A program made the translations under genes and the position numbers. From Thecamonas trahens ATCC 50062 (lineage: Eukaryota; Protista; Apusomonadida): DNA of 64,000 nucleotides. Location of the stretch: positions 186,001 to 250,000 of the forward strand of contig NW_013657677.1 in the NCBI RefSeq assembly GCF_000142905.1. The letters run 5' to 3'. Positions 23,599 through 34,805 of the stretch are shown here, piece by piece. Within the stretch, counting starts at the first letter, position 1; every line of letters starts with the position of its first letter. The notes under the pieces were generated by a model. That model was not told where the DNA came from. It saw only the letters and a list, made by a program, of their open reading frames with translations, and ran no database searches.

Positions 23599-25402
23599 AT
23601 GCTTCGCTTTACACTGGGCAAGGTACGCATGTGAGTGGCTCTTGTAGACGCTGCAGAGGAGGGGTGGGGAATGAGGGGAGAGGGGGTGGAAGAGGGGGGG
23701 GGTAGGGGGGGGGTGACGGGGGACTGCCGTCATTTTCCCCATGGTTGACGTGACTTGGGGCAGGCAGCAGGGAGGGAGGGAGAGGAGGGGTTGTACGGTG
23801 GTACAGGATGGGGAAAGGTGTATAGTATACACGTTGGGATGGGTGTGGGGAGGGGGAGTTCTGGCCTTGCTGGATGGTAGAGAGCGAGAGGCACCAGGTG
23901 GGTATAGCTGGCTGTCCAAGTGGCTGAGCGCGTCGTGGGCCTGGGGAGGGGGGGGTAGAGGGCTTGGGGTGGGGGACTGTGGCGTGTGACTCATGGCTAC
24001 GGGGGTGAGGCTGAGGTAGACACCTTCTGTACTCGCTACTGCGGTGGCGTCAATGCGCGGGAGCCCTGCTGGGGCGTCGTTCTCTGCAGCGGCGTACCTG
24101 GCTGATGTGTTCAAGCTCAAGCTTGCGGATCTGCACGAAGGTCTCGTGGAGGCTGACATCAAGGAGTGGCTGGTGGCCGAGGGCGACGAGGTGGGTGAGT
24201 TTGAGGACCTGTGCTTTGTCATGACCGACAAGGCGTCGACTGAGATCTCGTCGCCGGTCGACGGCAAGGTGCTGAAGATCTACCACCCGGAGGGCTCGAC
24301 CGCCAAGGTCGGCGAGGTCTTGGTCGACATTGAGACCGACGGGCCTGTGGCCGGTAGTGAGGCGGAGGCAGCTCCGGCCGCCGAGCCGGAGTCTGCGCCA
24401 GAGCCTGCAGCTGCGGCGGCGCCGGCTGGCGGCGCCGGCGGCGAGTACGACGAGCAGATGATCACCAACGCGGCTGGCAAGTCGCGGCGGGTTCCGGCGA
24501 CGCCTGCTGTCCGCGGCCTGGCGCGCAAGCACAAGATCGACCTCAGCCAGGTCGCCGGCAACGGCAAGGACGGCCGGGTGCTCAAGGGCGACATCCTCAA
24601 GTTTATCGAGTCTGGCGGCGCCGAGGGTGGCTTGGCACCTGCGGCGCCGCAGGCGCCTGCGGGCGGCGCGGCGCGGGCGCCGGCTGCCGTGGTTCCGGGC
24701 GAGTCGCGGACCGAAAAGGTGGCTCCGGTCACCAAGGCCATGATCCGGGTCATGGAGGAGGCCAACGCCATCCCGCACTTTGGCTACTCGGACGAGATCA
24801 CGCTTAACTCGCTCATTGAGACCCGACTCCGGCTCAAGCCTGTGGCCGAGGCCCAGGGCATCAAGCTCACCATGATGCCGCTGTTCATCAAGGCCGCGTC
24901 CATGGCCCTCACCGAGTACCCGATCCTCAACTCGTCGCTCTCGGGCGACAAGTCTGAGATCACCTACCACGGCTCGCACAACATCTGCGTCGCCATGGAC
25001 ACGCCCGACGGACTCACTGTTCCGTCGATCAAGTCTGTTGAGCAGCTCTCCATCCTCGACATTGCCGCAGAGCTCAATCGCCTGCAGGAGCTCGGCGCCG
25101 CCGGCCGTCTCTCGCGTGGCGATCTCGAGGGCGGCACCTTCTCGCTCTCCAATGTCGGCAACATCGGCGGCACCTACCTGTCGCCCGTCATTATTCCGGG
25201 CCAGGTCGCCATTGGCGCCATCGGCGCTCTCCGTACCCTGCCGCGCTTTGACGCCGAGGGCAATGTCATCCCGGCCAAGGTTATCAACGTCTCCTGGTCC
25301 GGCGACCACCGCATCATCGACGGCGCCACCATGGCCCGCTTCTCCAACGTGTGGAAGAACTACCTCGAGAACCCGGACACCATGATCCTCAACCTCAAGT
25401 AA
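23599..25402 (+). CDS. DBT: Branched-chain 2-oxoacid dehydrogenase E2 (dihydrolipoamide branched-chain transacylase); exon 1 23599-23622, intron 23623-24019
   Basis: Lipoyl domain VMTDKASTEISSP, E3-binding ATPAVRGLARKHKIDL, catalytic VSWSGDHRIIDGA. The spliced N-terminus MLRFTLGK|TPSVLATAVASMR resembles a mitochondrial presequence. Confidence 0.92.
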
Positions 25403-25585
25403 ACACCAATGTGGTTGGCTGCAGCACCTGCACAGGGCAATGAGACCAGTCCATCGTTGTCCCGTAGCGCTGGTTGGCTCTGTCCGCACATGCGAGTGGT
25501 GCCTCAAAACACCGCGCACGACTCGGCACGCAGCGGCGGCCGCCGCGAAACCACTCCACCTGCAGCCAAGAGGCAGGCCAGAGTC

Positions 25586-27721
25586 ATGGACGACTCGGTG
25601 CTCCCAACAGGGTGGAGCAAGCGGACGAATGCCGACGGGAGAGTCTATTACGCCAACGACTTGGAGAAGAAGACTCAATGGGAGCGCCCTGCCGGCCCGG
25701 TTCCGCCCACGACCCTCCTTCCGCCTGGCTGGTCGCAGCGTATCGATGCTGACGGCCGGACCTACTACGCCAACGATGTCATGGGCTCTACCCAGTGGGA
25801 ACGCCCAATCGTCGTGCCGCAGTCTCGCCTTCCGCCGCCGTCTTCGTCATCGTCTGTACAAGGCGGAGCCGTCGACGACGGCTCGGATGCTGCCGCGCTC
25901 TTCGCCTCGGGAAACGTGCTGAGCTTGATGGTTGAGGGCAGAGTGGCGGCTCCGGAGCCGGTCTATGTCCATGTCGTCGAGCATGGCCGTGGCGCTGGCA
26001 ATCTGGTCTTCTTTCGGTGCGACGGCTCCAAGACGCCGATGCGTGCCCAGAACGACGGCTCGTTGGCGTTTACCAGCGGCGGCCGCGACCCGTCGATGCT
26101 GTGGCGGGTGCTGCCGGCCGGCCCGGGCGCTGTTCGCATTCTCTCGGTCAAGCACCAGAACGACTACTCGATCGACGGCTCGGACGGGTGGTACATTGGC
26201 CTGGCGTCGGTCGACGGCCCGCCGCGGGTGGTGGCCAACGCGCCGCGCGAGCGCGGTCGCATCGTCCCGTCGCTCATCCGCCAGATCGGCGGCAGGAGGG
26301 CCGCCGCCACCGCCCAGCGCGCCCGAGGCAAGGCCTCCAGCTCGAGCGGCGGTGGGATCCGCGGCGCTCTGTCGGCCCTCGGCAACGTTGGCCGCTACGC
26401 CGTGGGCCGGGTCCAGGCGCTCATCTCGCCGTCGTCGACGTTGCTGCAGACGGGCTCGATTGTGACACTGACCAACGTGGCAACCGGCGGAAGCCTGCGC
26501 GAGCCGCTATACGCCCACATGATCACCCGCGGCGCGTTTGGTCGTGCCTTTTTTGCGCGGTGCGACGGGTCCAAAGCCACTCTGACTGTCATGCCCTCGG
26601 GGGAGGTCCACTACGACGGCGGCTATGAGACCATGTCGCAGTGGGTAACGGAACAAGTCGGTGGTGAGCCTGCTGAGCGCCGGGCCGACGGCCGTGTTGC
26701 GTCGGGCTCGATCGTCGCGCTCCGCTGCGTCGCCGGCGAGGGTCGTGCCAACCGGGCCGGCGGTCTCGACTGGTACCTCGGCATGGATGCCGACGGAACG
26801 CTTGTTGGCAACGACTCTGTTGACAACACCTCGGCCCACTGGCAGCTCACCATCCTGTGCAACATGGCCCTGCGCGTCGAGAAGCTGCTCAAGGAGGTGC
26901 CGGCCTTTGATGGCACGGTCAGCCTCACCGCCGAGCAAAAGACCCAGTTTTACCTCGACGGCTATCTGCATCTCCCACAGGTGGTCTCACGCGAGCTAGT
27001 CGACGCTGCGCTGCAGGTCATCAATACCGCGCTGGGCGATCCCGGCTCGTGGCATCGCAACCCAGACTTTGGCCACTGGGACCTCAAAGGTGTTGACGGC
27101 ACGCTCGGCTCGCACCCCGCCATTCTCGCACTGCTCTATGCCGCGCCAACCCACGCCTACACCCAAGAGCTGCTCGGCCGTGACAATGTCAACATGCCTC
27201 GCGGCGGGCAGGTGGCAGTCCGGATGCCCAATCCAGATGCCAACCACGACGCACCGCAGCACTGGCACATCGACGGTCTCAACAAGGGCCACCACTCGTC
27301 GTTCTCGCTTCTTGTTGGCGTCACGCTCTCGGATCAGCTCGGCCCAGACTGGGGCAACCTCGTGGTCTTTCCCGGCCAGCACCACGTCATGGGCGCCAAG
27401 CTCCTCGCTGCGGTCATGGAGGCGCGCGCCGAAGCCGCTGCGCGCGGGCCAGGTGTCGATGACGCTGTCTCGGACGACCTCAACTCGTTCATCAGGCAGC
27501 CACTCTCCGGCGGCATCGCCCTCCAGCCGCACGCCGGCGACGTCATCCTTGTCCACCACAAGGTCCCGCACCGGGTCCATCACAACCACTCGCCACACAT
27601 CCGCTACCAGATCTACTTTCGCGTCTCATCCAAGACCGGCGCGCCCTACGACACCGTCACACTCGAGAACATCTTCTTTGGCTTTGAGGGCATGGATGAC
27701 GTCGTCGCCCAGCTCCAGTAG
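25586..27721 (+). CDS. Two WW domains + two beta-rich repeats + phytanoyl-CoA dioxygenase-like (PhyH) 2OG-Fe(II) domain
   Basis: LPTGWSKR...VYYAN...TQWERP twice; duplicated EPxYxH...RCDGSK...WY(I/L)G units; QFYLDGYL...WHIDG...GDVILVHHKVPHRV...R. Confidence 0.85.
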   Translation: MDDSVLPTGWSKRTNADGRVYYANDLEKKTQWERPAGPVPPTTLLPPGWSQRIDADGRTYYANDVMGSTQWERPIVVPQSRLPPPSSSSSVQGGAVDDGSDAAALFASGNVLSLMVEGRVAAPEPVYVHVVEHGRGAGNLVFFRCDGSKTPMRAQNDGSLAFTSGGRDPSMLWRVLPAGPGAVRILSVKHQNDYSIDGSDGWYIGLASVDGPPRVVANAPRERGRIVPSLIRQIGGRRAAATAQRARGKASSSSGGGIRGALSALGNVGRYAVGRVQALISPSSTLLQTGSIVTLTNVATGGSLREPLYAHMITRGAFGRAFFARCDGSKATLTVMPSGEVHYDGGYETMSQWVTEQVGGEPAERRADGRVASGSIVALRCVAGEGRANRAGGLDWYLGMDADGTLVGNDSVDNTSAHWQLTILCNMALRVEKLLKEVPAFDGTVSLTAEQKTQFYLDGYLHLPQVVSRELVDAALQVINTALGDPGSWHRNPDFGHWDLKGVDGTLGSHPAILALLYAAPTHAYTQELLGRDNVNMPRGGQVAVRMPNPDANHDAPQHWHIDGLNKGHHSSFSLLVGVTLSDQLGPDWGNLVVFPGQHHVMGAKLLAAVMEARAEAAARGPGVDDAVSDDLNSFIRQPLSGGIALQPHAGDVILVHHKVPHRVHHNHSPHIRYQIYFRVSSKTGAPYDTVTLENIFFGFEGMDDVVAQLQ

Positions 27722-27797
27722 CAAACAACTGCCGTTTTTAACGCCATACTATCTCGCCAAGCCACACAAGCACGATTGTCGATCTAGCCAAGCTGCA

Positions 27798-28153
27798 CTA
27801 CGCTTGGCTGCTGCCTGTCGGCGCCTGCCCTGCGTGCATCGCCTGCCACTTGCGGACCTCCTCCAGCGATCCCGTCGGCGGCCGAGGGCCCTCCTGCTCG
27901 TTCTTCATCGACGTAAAGCCCTTGAGAGTGTCGGTCATAGCTGTTTCTCTCTCCCGAGTGAGTGCGATGTGCTTCCCCGTCCACCTCGGCTCCATCGCTC
28001 GACTCACTTCAACCCAGCGCCACTCCAGCGCGTCATGTCATGGACCACACCGCGAAGGGACGTACCCGGATGAGTGATGACATAGCCCACACCAATGGGC
28101 ACAGTCAGGTAGATGGCAAACTTGAAAGCCTCCAGAGGCATTCGCGACGTCAT
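27798..28153 (-). CDS. PET100: PET100 cytochrome c oxidase assembly factor (76 aa); exons 28153-28066 and 27940-27798
   Basis: Spliced product MTSRMPLEAFKFAIYLTVPIGVGYVITHP|AMTDTLKGFTSMKNEQEGPRPPTGSLEEVRKWQ. The LE..KF..Y..VP and PRPP..EE motifs match PET100. Intron 27941-28065 (GTACGT...CAG) keeps the frame. Confidence 0.8.
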
Positions 28154-28902
28154 GCTCTCGCTCTATCTCTACCTCAAGTCGTGTGTCCCAACCGCGGTGG
28201 TTGCCTGTCCCGAACCGAGTGACGCTGTCGCCGTCAAAGCCGACTTGCCTCCACTCGCCTGCTGCTGCCTCACCGCGCTGCACTCCATCACGATGATGAA
28301 GACATAATCAGACATGTCATAATGGTGTGCAAGACTATGATCTTGCTTCCTACACTGTTTGGTTGCTATCAGGGCGCGTCTTTCCCCATACCTCGGGAGG
28401 CGACGATGCCCACGGCACTCGTACGCTGCTCCCCCAACACCCGCGAGCCGATCCCTCTATCGACGCACATGAGACACGATCCACCACTCAGTATCATTAG
28501 CCACTGTATGTGTCTTCCACTTTCATCTGCTTCTGCTGACTTTGGGCGTGTGTAGCAGCCTCCCGGCCGCCCTGCCTGCGCCTTGCACCGGGTACCAGTC
28601 CCAGACAGACCCAGTTGCCAGAGCGGCCGCTCGGCCAGGTACCTGAGGCAAGCACAGGCACCAGTACTGCCCCGAGACCCACACCCCTCTCTCACGCTTG
28701 TACCATGTGGCCTGCAGCTCCGCGCCACTATCCACATGCCCACCTGCCGTATGTGGCTCACTACCCGCCAGCGCGTCCCAGTCACCCCCTGTCGGCGGCG
28801 ACGACGTCGTCAGCCTGGGCTCACCCTCGCCATCGCAGTGCTGCGCTCAGCCAGGGCGTTTGGACTCCTGGATGGACTGCCAGCCCATACGGACATGCGC
28901 GC

Positions 28903-29961
28903 ATGATGGGGGTGCATGGAGGTGGTCGTTCGGGTGGTGCAGCGGCCGCAGCAGCGTCGTCATCGGCGGTGTCGGCCAAGTCAGACGCCGCAGACCTGAG
29001 CTACGGGCCCAAGGTGGTGGTCGTCGGCTCGTGCATGATCGATCTGGTCTTCTACGTCGATCGCATGCCTCAGCTTGGCGAGACCATGCACTGCACCTCG
29101 TTCAAGCAAGGCTTTGGCGGCAAGGGTGCGAACCAGGCGTACCAGGCCGCACTGCTGTTTGACTCGCACGGCGATGTGGCCATGGTGGGGGCGGTCGGCG
29201 ATGATGCCTTTGGCGAGGCCACCCGTGACAACATGGAGGACGTCGGCATCAATGTCTCTTGCCTTGCGCTCACGCCAAACCATGCGACGGGTATGGCCGA
29301 GATCAACGTCGATGCCAACGGCAACAACGCCATTGTCATTGCCGCCAACGCCAACACCACCATCACGCCCGACGCCGTAGCCGCAGCTGCCCACTCGCTC
29401 TTTGCCTCGGCCCGGGTTGTGGTGACCCAGCTGGAGATTCCGCTGGCCGCCACGCTGGAGGCCATGCGCCACGGCAGGGACGCAGGGGCGCTGGTGGTCT
29501 TCAACCCGGCTCCGGCCATTGCCGACCTGCCCGACGAGATCTTTGAGCTTGCCGACTTTGTCACGCCCAACGAGTCGGAGACATCGCTGATGACCGGCGG
29601 TATGCCGGTGGAGACGCTTGATGAGGCCGAGGCAGCCGGCCGAGTCCTCCTTGACCGCGGCGCATCTAACGTCATCCTCACTCTCGGCGCCCGCGGCGCG
29701 ATGTGGCTGTCGGCCGGGACTGGCGACGCCGTCGTCATCCCCATTCCTGACCCGGTGCCTGCCTCTGCTGTCGTCGACACCACCGGTGCCGGCGACTCGT
29801 TTGTCGGCGCCTTTGCTTACTACATGGCCCAGACCGACTGCCCGGGCATTGAGCACGCCATCCGCTCGGCGCACCGGCTCTCCGCCGCTTCTGTCCAAGC
29901 GGCAGGCACCCAGACGTCGTACGTCTCGGCCGTTGCCGTTGATCCTGACCATTTCCACTGA
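28903..29961 (+). CDS. RBKS: Ribokinase (PfkB family); 5' end uncertain, possibly with extra upstream exons
   Basis: VVVVGSCMIDL, GGKGANQA, VGAVGDDAFG, FNPAPA, TPNESE, VDTTGAGDSFVG. Confidence 0.92.
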   Translation: MMGVHGGGRSGGAAAAAASSSAVSAKSDAADLSYGPKVVVVGSCMIDLVFYVDRMPQLGETMHCTSFKQGFGGKGANQAYQAALLFDSHGDVAMVGAVGDDAFGEATRDNMEDVGINVSCLALTPNHATGMAEINVDANGNNAIVIAANANTTITPDAVAAAAHSLFASARVVVTQLEIPLAATLEAMRHGRDAGALVVFNPAPAIADLPDEIFELADFVTPNESETSLMTGGMPVETLDEAEAAGRVLLDRGASNVILTLGARGAMWLSAGTGDAVVIPIPDPVPASAVVDTTGAGDSFVGAFAYYMAQTDCPGIEHAIRSAHRLSAASVQAAGTQTSYVSAVAVDPDHFH

Positions 29962-30112
29962 TGGCCACGTAAAGTCTGTCCCCACCCACTTTGCTGCGTT
30001 TCGGCGAACTCGGAACCCGACGCGACGCAACCGCCGCTCTCCGCTCTACACCACCGGCTGGCCACCTATTGTCGCCACATCCAGCACCGTACCTTGCCTA
30101 CACACCAAGCAC

Positions 30113-31237
30113 ATGCCGCGGGACGCGTTCATGGCGGCCATTGCTCCGCGGCGGCGAGCCAAGAAGCCAACCATGCCGACGGCGACTCAGCGGGCGGCTG
30201 CTCATCGACGACAACTCATTGCCGAGGACCCGATCTCTGCGGGAGCGAGTCTACCCGACTCGCTAGATCCCGAGCTGTATACAAGGCTGCTAGCGCGACC
30301 AATGAGAGCATCTCCTCGTGCGCAGCGGTATACGCCGCCGCGACTCGCCTCGCACATCCTTGCTGCCTCCCGATCTGGCGTTCTGCCGCCGCTGAAGGCG
30401 CTGGCGCTGGTGGTGGTGGCCAAGAACCGGCTGCACCCAGCCATCTGCAACAACTTGGGTGTCCTGCCTGCAGAGCTAGCCCACGACGTTCTTGCGCACT
30501 GTACCGCAGACGAGCTGGCTCAGATTGAGGACGCGAACCTGGCCTCGGTGCTGCCCACCAATGATCTCTGGCTCACCCACTTTGCTGCCAACTACGGCCA
30601 TGTCATGCTCGATCGCTTTCCGGAGCTTTGCAAGGATGGTGGCTGGCGGGCTCGCTATCAGACGTGCACCCGGTTGCGGCTGGAGTCGGCACGGGCCCGC
30701 CTGCGGCAGACAACCGCGGTCGTTGCTGACAAGCCCGAGACTGTTGCCCTTGATCTCTCCGAGCTGCCGCCACAGCGCCGGCGCCGTCGGCTTCAGCAGA
30801 CGGGCAATGCGTCATCAGGCTCGGCATCAAGGCCGGCGCCGAGATCAAGTCGGAGTAATGCGCGCGCTGCCCTCTCTCGCCTGCTGCCCAAGGGTCTTCT
30901 GCGGCGGCTCAACAGCAGCGGCGGAGTGAGGAAGCGTAAGGCCCAAGTCTCGATTCCGTCGTCACAGCTTGCGAAGAAGCAGAAGATGCTTGGGGAAGCC
31001 TCCAAGCGCCCTGTCAAGCGGCCGACCTCGTCCGCCGCCCATCAGCGCAGCCAAGCGCCACCGTCATCGTCGACCTTGCGTCAAGCACCAAGCCGCCGTG
31101 GTCTCACTATTGCAGCTGGACGTGACAAAGCGGGAGGCAAGCATGTCGGCAAGCGTACAGGCACGGCCAAGTCGACCCGACCCGTCTCAACGAGCCCACG
31201 CAAGCGAGCGATGACCCTCCCGATGCCGTTTCCATAA
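30113..31237 (+). CDS. ELOA: Elongin A-like (RNA polymerase II elongation factor SIII subunit A domain)
   Basis: BC-box-like LPPLKALALVVV, LGVLPAELAHDVLAHCTADELAQIEDAN...DLWLTHF...WRARY, followed by a basic tail. Confidence 0.75.
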   Translation: MPRDAFMAAIAPRRRAKKPTMPTATQRAAAHRRQLIAEDPISAGASLPDSLDPELYTRLLARPMRASPRAQRYTPPRLASHILAASRSGVLPPLKALALVVVAKNRLHPAICNNLGVLPAELAHDVLAHCTADELAQIEDANLASVLPTNDLWLTHFAANYGHVMLDRFPELCKDGGWRARYQTCTRLRLESARARLRQTTAVVADKPETVALDLSELPPQRRRRRLQQTGNASSGSASRPAPRSSRSNARAALSRLLPKGLLRRLNSSGGVRKRKAQVSIPSSQLAKKQKMLGEASKRPVKRPTSSAAHQRSQAPPSSSTLRQAPSRRGLTIAAGRDKAGGKHVGKRTGTAKSTRPVSTSPRKRAMTLPMPFP

Positions 31238-31728
31238 CCTGAGCACCCGATGATGCCGTTTCCATGACCTGAACACGACACGACGCTGCTTGCACAACTC
31301 ATCGAGATCGAGATCGAGATCGAGATCGTGATCAACCAGATCGAGTACTTGTTCCGCAGCAGCAGCAGTACGCACACCTCCCCTCTCCTTAATACAGGCA
31401 AGCAATGGTCTCTCCTGGCGCACTCTGGATTGCAAGAAACAACCCCGTCTCAGGTAATGGAGGCAAGGGAGGCCAGGGAGGGTAGTTGATAGACGAGCTT
31501 GTGGGCTAGCTGCAGAGCAATCAAACTGTTGCAAGGTGACCAGACCGCCATCACATCGCCTGCCTACTTTGCCGGCGATCTTGGTGGGACCGCCTCGATG
31601 CGACTCGTCAGGTGGCGTCGAGGCAGCGGCGTTGAGGCGGCGTTGAAACCATCTCCGAACATCCAGCAAGATCGTGTTTGGCAAGGCCGGGCACCCGACT
31701 TGTGTCCGGCCGGGGGCGGGGTTAGGGG

Positions 31729-34697
31729 ATGACAGGTGTGATATCAAGGCGGGGGCATGTAGGACTGATGGTGGTGAGCGTACTCACGGCTCTCTTGCTG
31801 CTGGAGACGCGAGGAGGCTCCGTGGCGCCTCCGCCACCGTCTTACATCCTCGCACTCGACACCTACGTGGCGACAGGACCGGACCTGGCCTTTGCGGCCG
31901 AGGCGGTACTGGCGCATCCACTGGCGCATCCAGTCTCATGCTCTGCACCGCTGAAGCTAGTTCCACCACGGGAGCATTGCGATACACCGACTCGCTGGTG
32001 GTGCTCGACTCATCAGCATCGTGCCGGATGGAGGCCATCAAACCCATGCTCGATCCGCTGCTGAGGCGCGAGTGGGGCGCCTCCATCCGGGCTATCTACC
32101 GCAACGCGCGGTTGGATGTGGCCCCACTCTCGTTCCGTGGCTCGACATCGATTGACACGGCGGCAACGCTCGGCGCGCCGGCAGTGTGGTCGTACGGCTC
32201 GCACGGCGAGGGCATCCGTGTGGCGATCTTCGACACGGGACTCGCCAGCGAGGCGCCGGGCTTTGGCGACGCAGTGGAGGAGATTACCAACTGGACATCG
32301 GACGAGACAACGAGCGACGCTATTGGGCACGGCACGTTTGTGGCCGGGCTGGTGGCCTCGCGCGAGCCGCGGTGCCCGGGCTTTGCACCTGCGGCCTCGC
32401 TGCTCATCTTTCGGGTATTTACCTCGAACCAGATGTCGTACACGGCGTGGTTCCTCGACGCGTTCAACTACGCGCTGCAGGCGGGCGTCGACGTGCTCAA
32501 CCTCTCGATTGGCGGGCCGGACTTTAGCGACGCGCCGTTTATGGACAAGGTCAACGAGTTGTCGGCCAACTCGGTCATTGTGGTTTCGGCCATCGGCAAC
32601 GACGGCCCGTTGTACGGGACGCTTAACAATCCAGGTGACCAGCTGGATGTGATTGGCGTCGGTGGTGTCGACGGCATGGAGCGGCTGGCCAAGTTCTCGT
32701 CGCGCGGCATGACGACTTGGGAGCTTCCGGGAGGATACGGGCGGGTCAAGCCCGACGTAGTGGCGTACGCGACGGCGGTGCGGGGTTTAGCGGCCGACGG
32801 TTCGTGCCGCACGCTATCAGGCACGTCTGTGGCGTCACCGGTGGTTGCGGGCGCGGTGGCGCTTCTGGCGTCGACCGTGCCCGCCGAGAAGCGCGCGGCC
32901 ATTATCAATCCGGCGTCGATGAAGCAGGCCCTGACCGAGTCTGCGCGGCGGCTCGACGAGGCGAACGTGTTTGAACAGGGTGCGGGCCTGCTCAACCTGC
33001 AAGGCGCGGCCGCAATTCTGGCGTCGTACACGCCGCGGGCGTCGGCCTTTCCACCGATTGTCGATCTGACCGATTGCCCATACATGTGGCCGTACTGCGT
33101 GACGCCGCTGTACGCCACGGCACAGCCTGTCATTGTCAACGTTACGCTGCTCAACGGCATGGGCGTCCACGGCGAGCTCCTTGACGAGCCGGTGTGGGAG
33201 ACGTCCAACTGCGCAGGCGTGCTTGATGTCACTTTTACGCACTCGGCAGTCCTCTGGCCATGGACAGGCTACGTCGCGCTGCACATCCGAGTCAGCGAGG
33301 AGAGCAGCGATGTGTCGCGTGAGTGCGAGGGCTCAGTCACGGTCACCATTGTCTCACTGGAGACCGGCGGCTCGGTGCGGACGACCGAGCTAGTCATTCC
33401 GGTGACGGCGCGGGTGATGCCGACGCCCAAGCGTGCGCAACGACTGCTGTGGGACCAGTTTCACTCGCTCCGCTACCCTCCCGGTTACTTTCCGCGCGAT
33501 TCGATGGCGCTTGGTGCCGACGTGCTCGACTGGAACGGCGACCATATCCACACCAACTTTCGCTCGCTCTTTGAGGCCCTCATCAACGCTGGGTATGTGG
33601 TCGAGGTTCTCGGCGCGCCGCTGACCTGCTTCGATCCCAAGCTCTACGGCGCGCTGCTCCTTGTCGATCCGGAGGAGGAGTACTATGCGGCCGAAGTCGA
33701 CGCCCTGACATCTGCCGTTCGCGACGACGGCCTGGCAGTGGTGGTTGTCGCCGAGTGGTTCAACGGCGCGCTCGCCGACGACCTCAAGTTCTTTGATGAG
33801 GCGACGCGCCAGGAGTGGGAGCCTGTGACCGGCGGTGCCAACGTGCCTGCCCTCAACGAGCTCCTTGCACCGTTTGGTGTGGCGCTCTCGGACGCGGTTG
33901 TCTCGGGTGTGCTCTCGCTTCCGGCCGGGCAGGTTGTGCTCGATGCCAGCTCGGGTATTGCGCGGTTCCCGGCAGGCGGGCGGCTGGTGGGCGGAAAGTT
34001 CCGGACCGAGGTGCCTGGCGCGTCGGGCTCTGTCTTTGCCAACGTGCTGGGCGTGGCTGGTGCCGGCACGGGCTCGGTTGCGGTCTTTGCGGACTCGTCG
34101 TGTCTTGATGACGCTGCGGCGACGCAAGAGTGCTTCTGGCTCCTGCTGCGGGTTTTGGAGCATGTTGCCCGCGGCGCCGATCTCGATGTGGCCGCGCTGG
34201 GGCTGGGAACCCCGCTCCGGCGAGTCTATGTCGCCTCGGGCGTCTCGGAGCCGACTCGGTTCTCTGCGGCGCTGGGCTACTACTCGGGCGTTGTCGACGA
34301 GCAGCATGGGGCTGGCTCGCAGGCGCGCGGGTGCGAGGGTGCGGCGCAGTCGCACGCGCACCGGCACACCATCTCAGACAAGCTAGCAGCCGGCGAGTAC
34401 TACTCGGACGGCGAGCGGATGCGGTTCCGAGGACAACCAAACGTGCGACTTGGGCCGCGGCCGATGCCTGTTGGCCCCACTGCCGGCGAGTGGCGCGAGG
34501 GCGTGTTCTCGTGGCTCTCCTCGCTCCCGGCCAAGATCATAGGGTCGCTCTTTTCCAAGATCAAGGCCTTTGTCACCCAAGGCGGGCTCTGGATGGTCCT
34601 GCTCATCATCGGCCTCCTCCTCTGGCTTGCCCGCCTCATCATGCATCGTGTCTTGGACTCTGAAGCCTACTCGCTCAATTCGAAGGACTTTGTGTAA
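31729..34697 (+). CDS. MBTPS1: Site-1 protease (SKI-1, membrane-bound subtilisin); frameshift at ~31971 separates the signal peptide/prodomain from the main ORF
   Basis: Catalytic FDTGL, GHGTFVAG, SGTSVASP; FSSRGMTTWELPGGYGRVKPD; LLWDQFHSLRYPPGYFPRD; C-terminal TM. The signal peptide LMVVSVLTALLLLE lies in ORF 31729 and joins by adding one G. Confidence 0.95.
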
Positions 34698-34805
34698 ACA
34701 GTCGAACGTCTTTGAGCTGTGGCGGGTGCGGGTGCGGCGAGCGGGCGAGCGGCGGTCGCCGCAGCGCCGCGCGACGTGACTCAACTTGGCTCATCGAGCG
34801 AGTGC

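Noticed and set aside
11896-28153. Functional mitochondrial cluster (LplA, DBT, PET100)
   Set aside because: Interspersed with unrelated genes in mixed orientation; chance adjacency in a compact genome is sufficient.
28290-28545. Possible C/D snoRNA (ATGATGA at ~28293, CTGA at ~28536)
   Set aside because: The boxes are too far apart, no terminal stem or rRNA guide was recognised, and the CTGAC fits better as an intron branch point.
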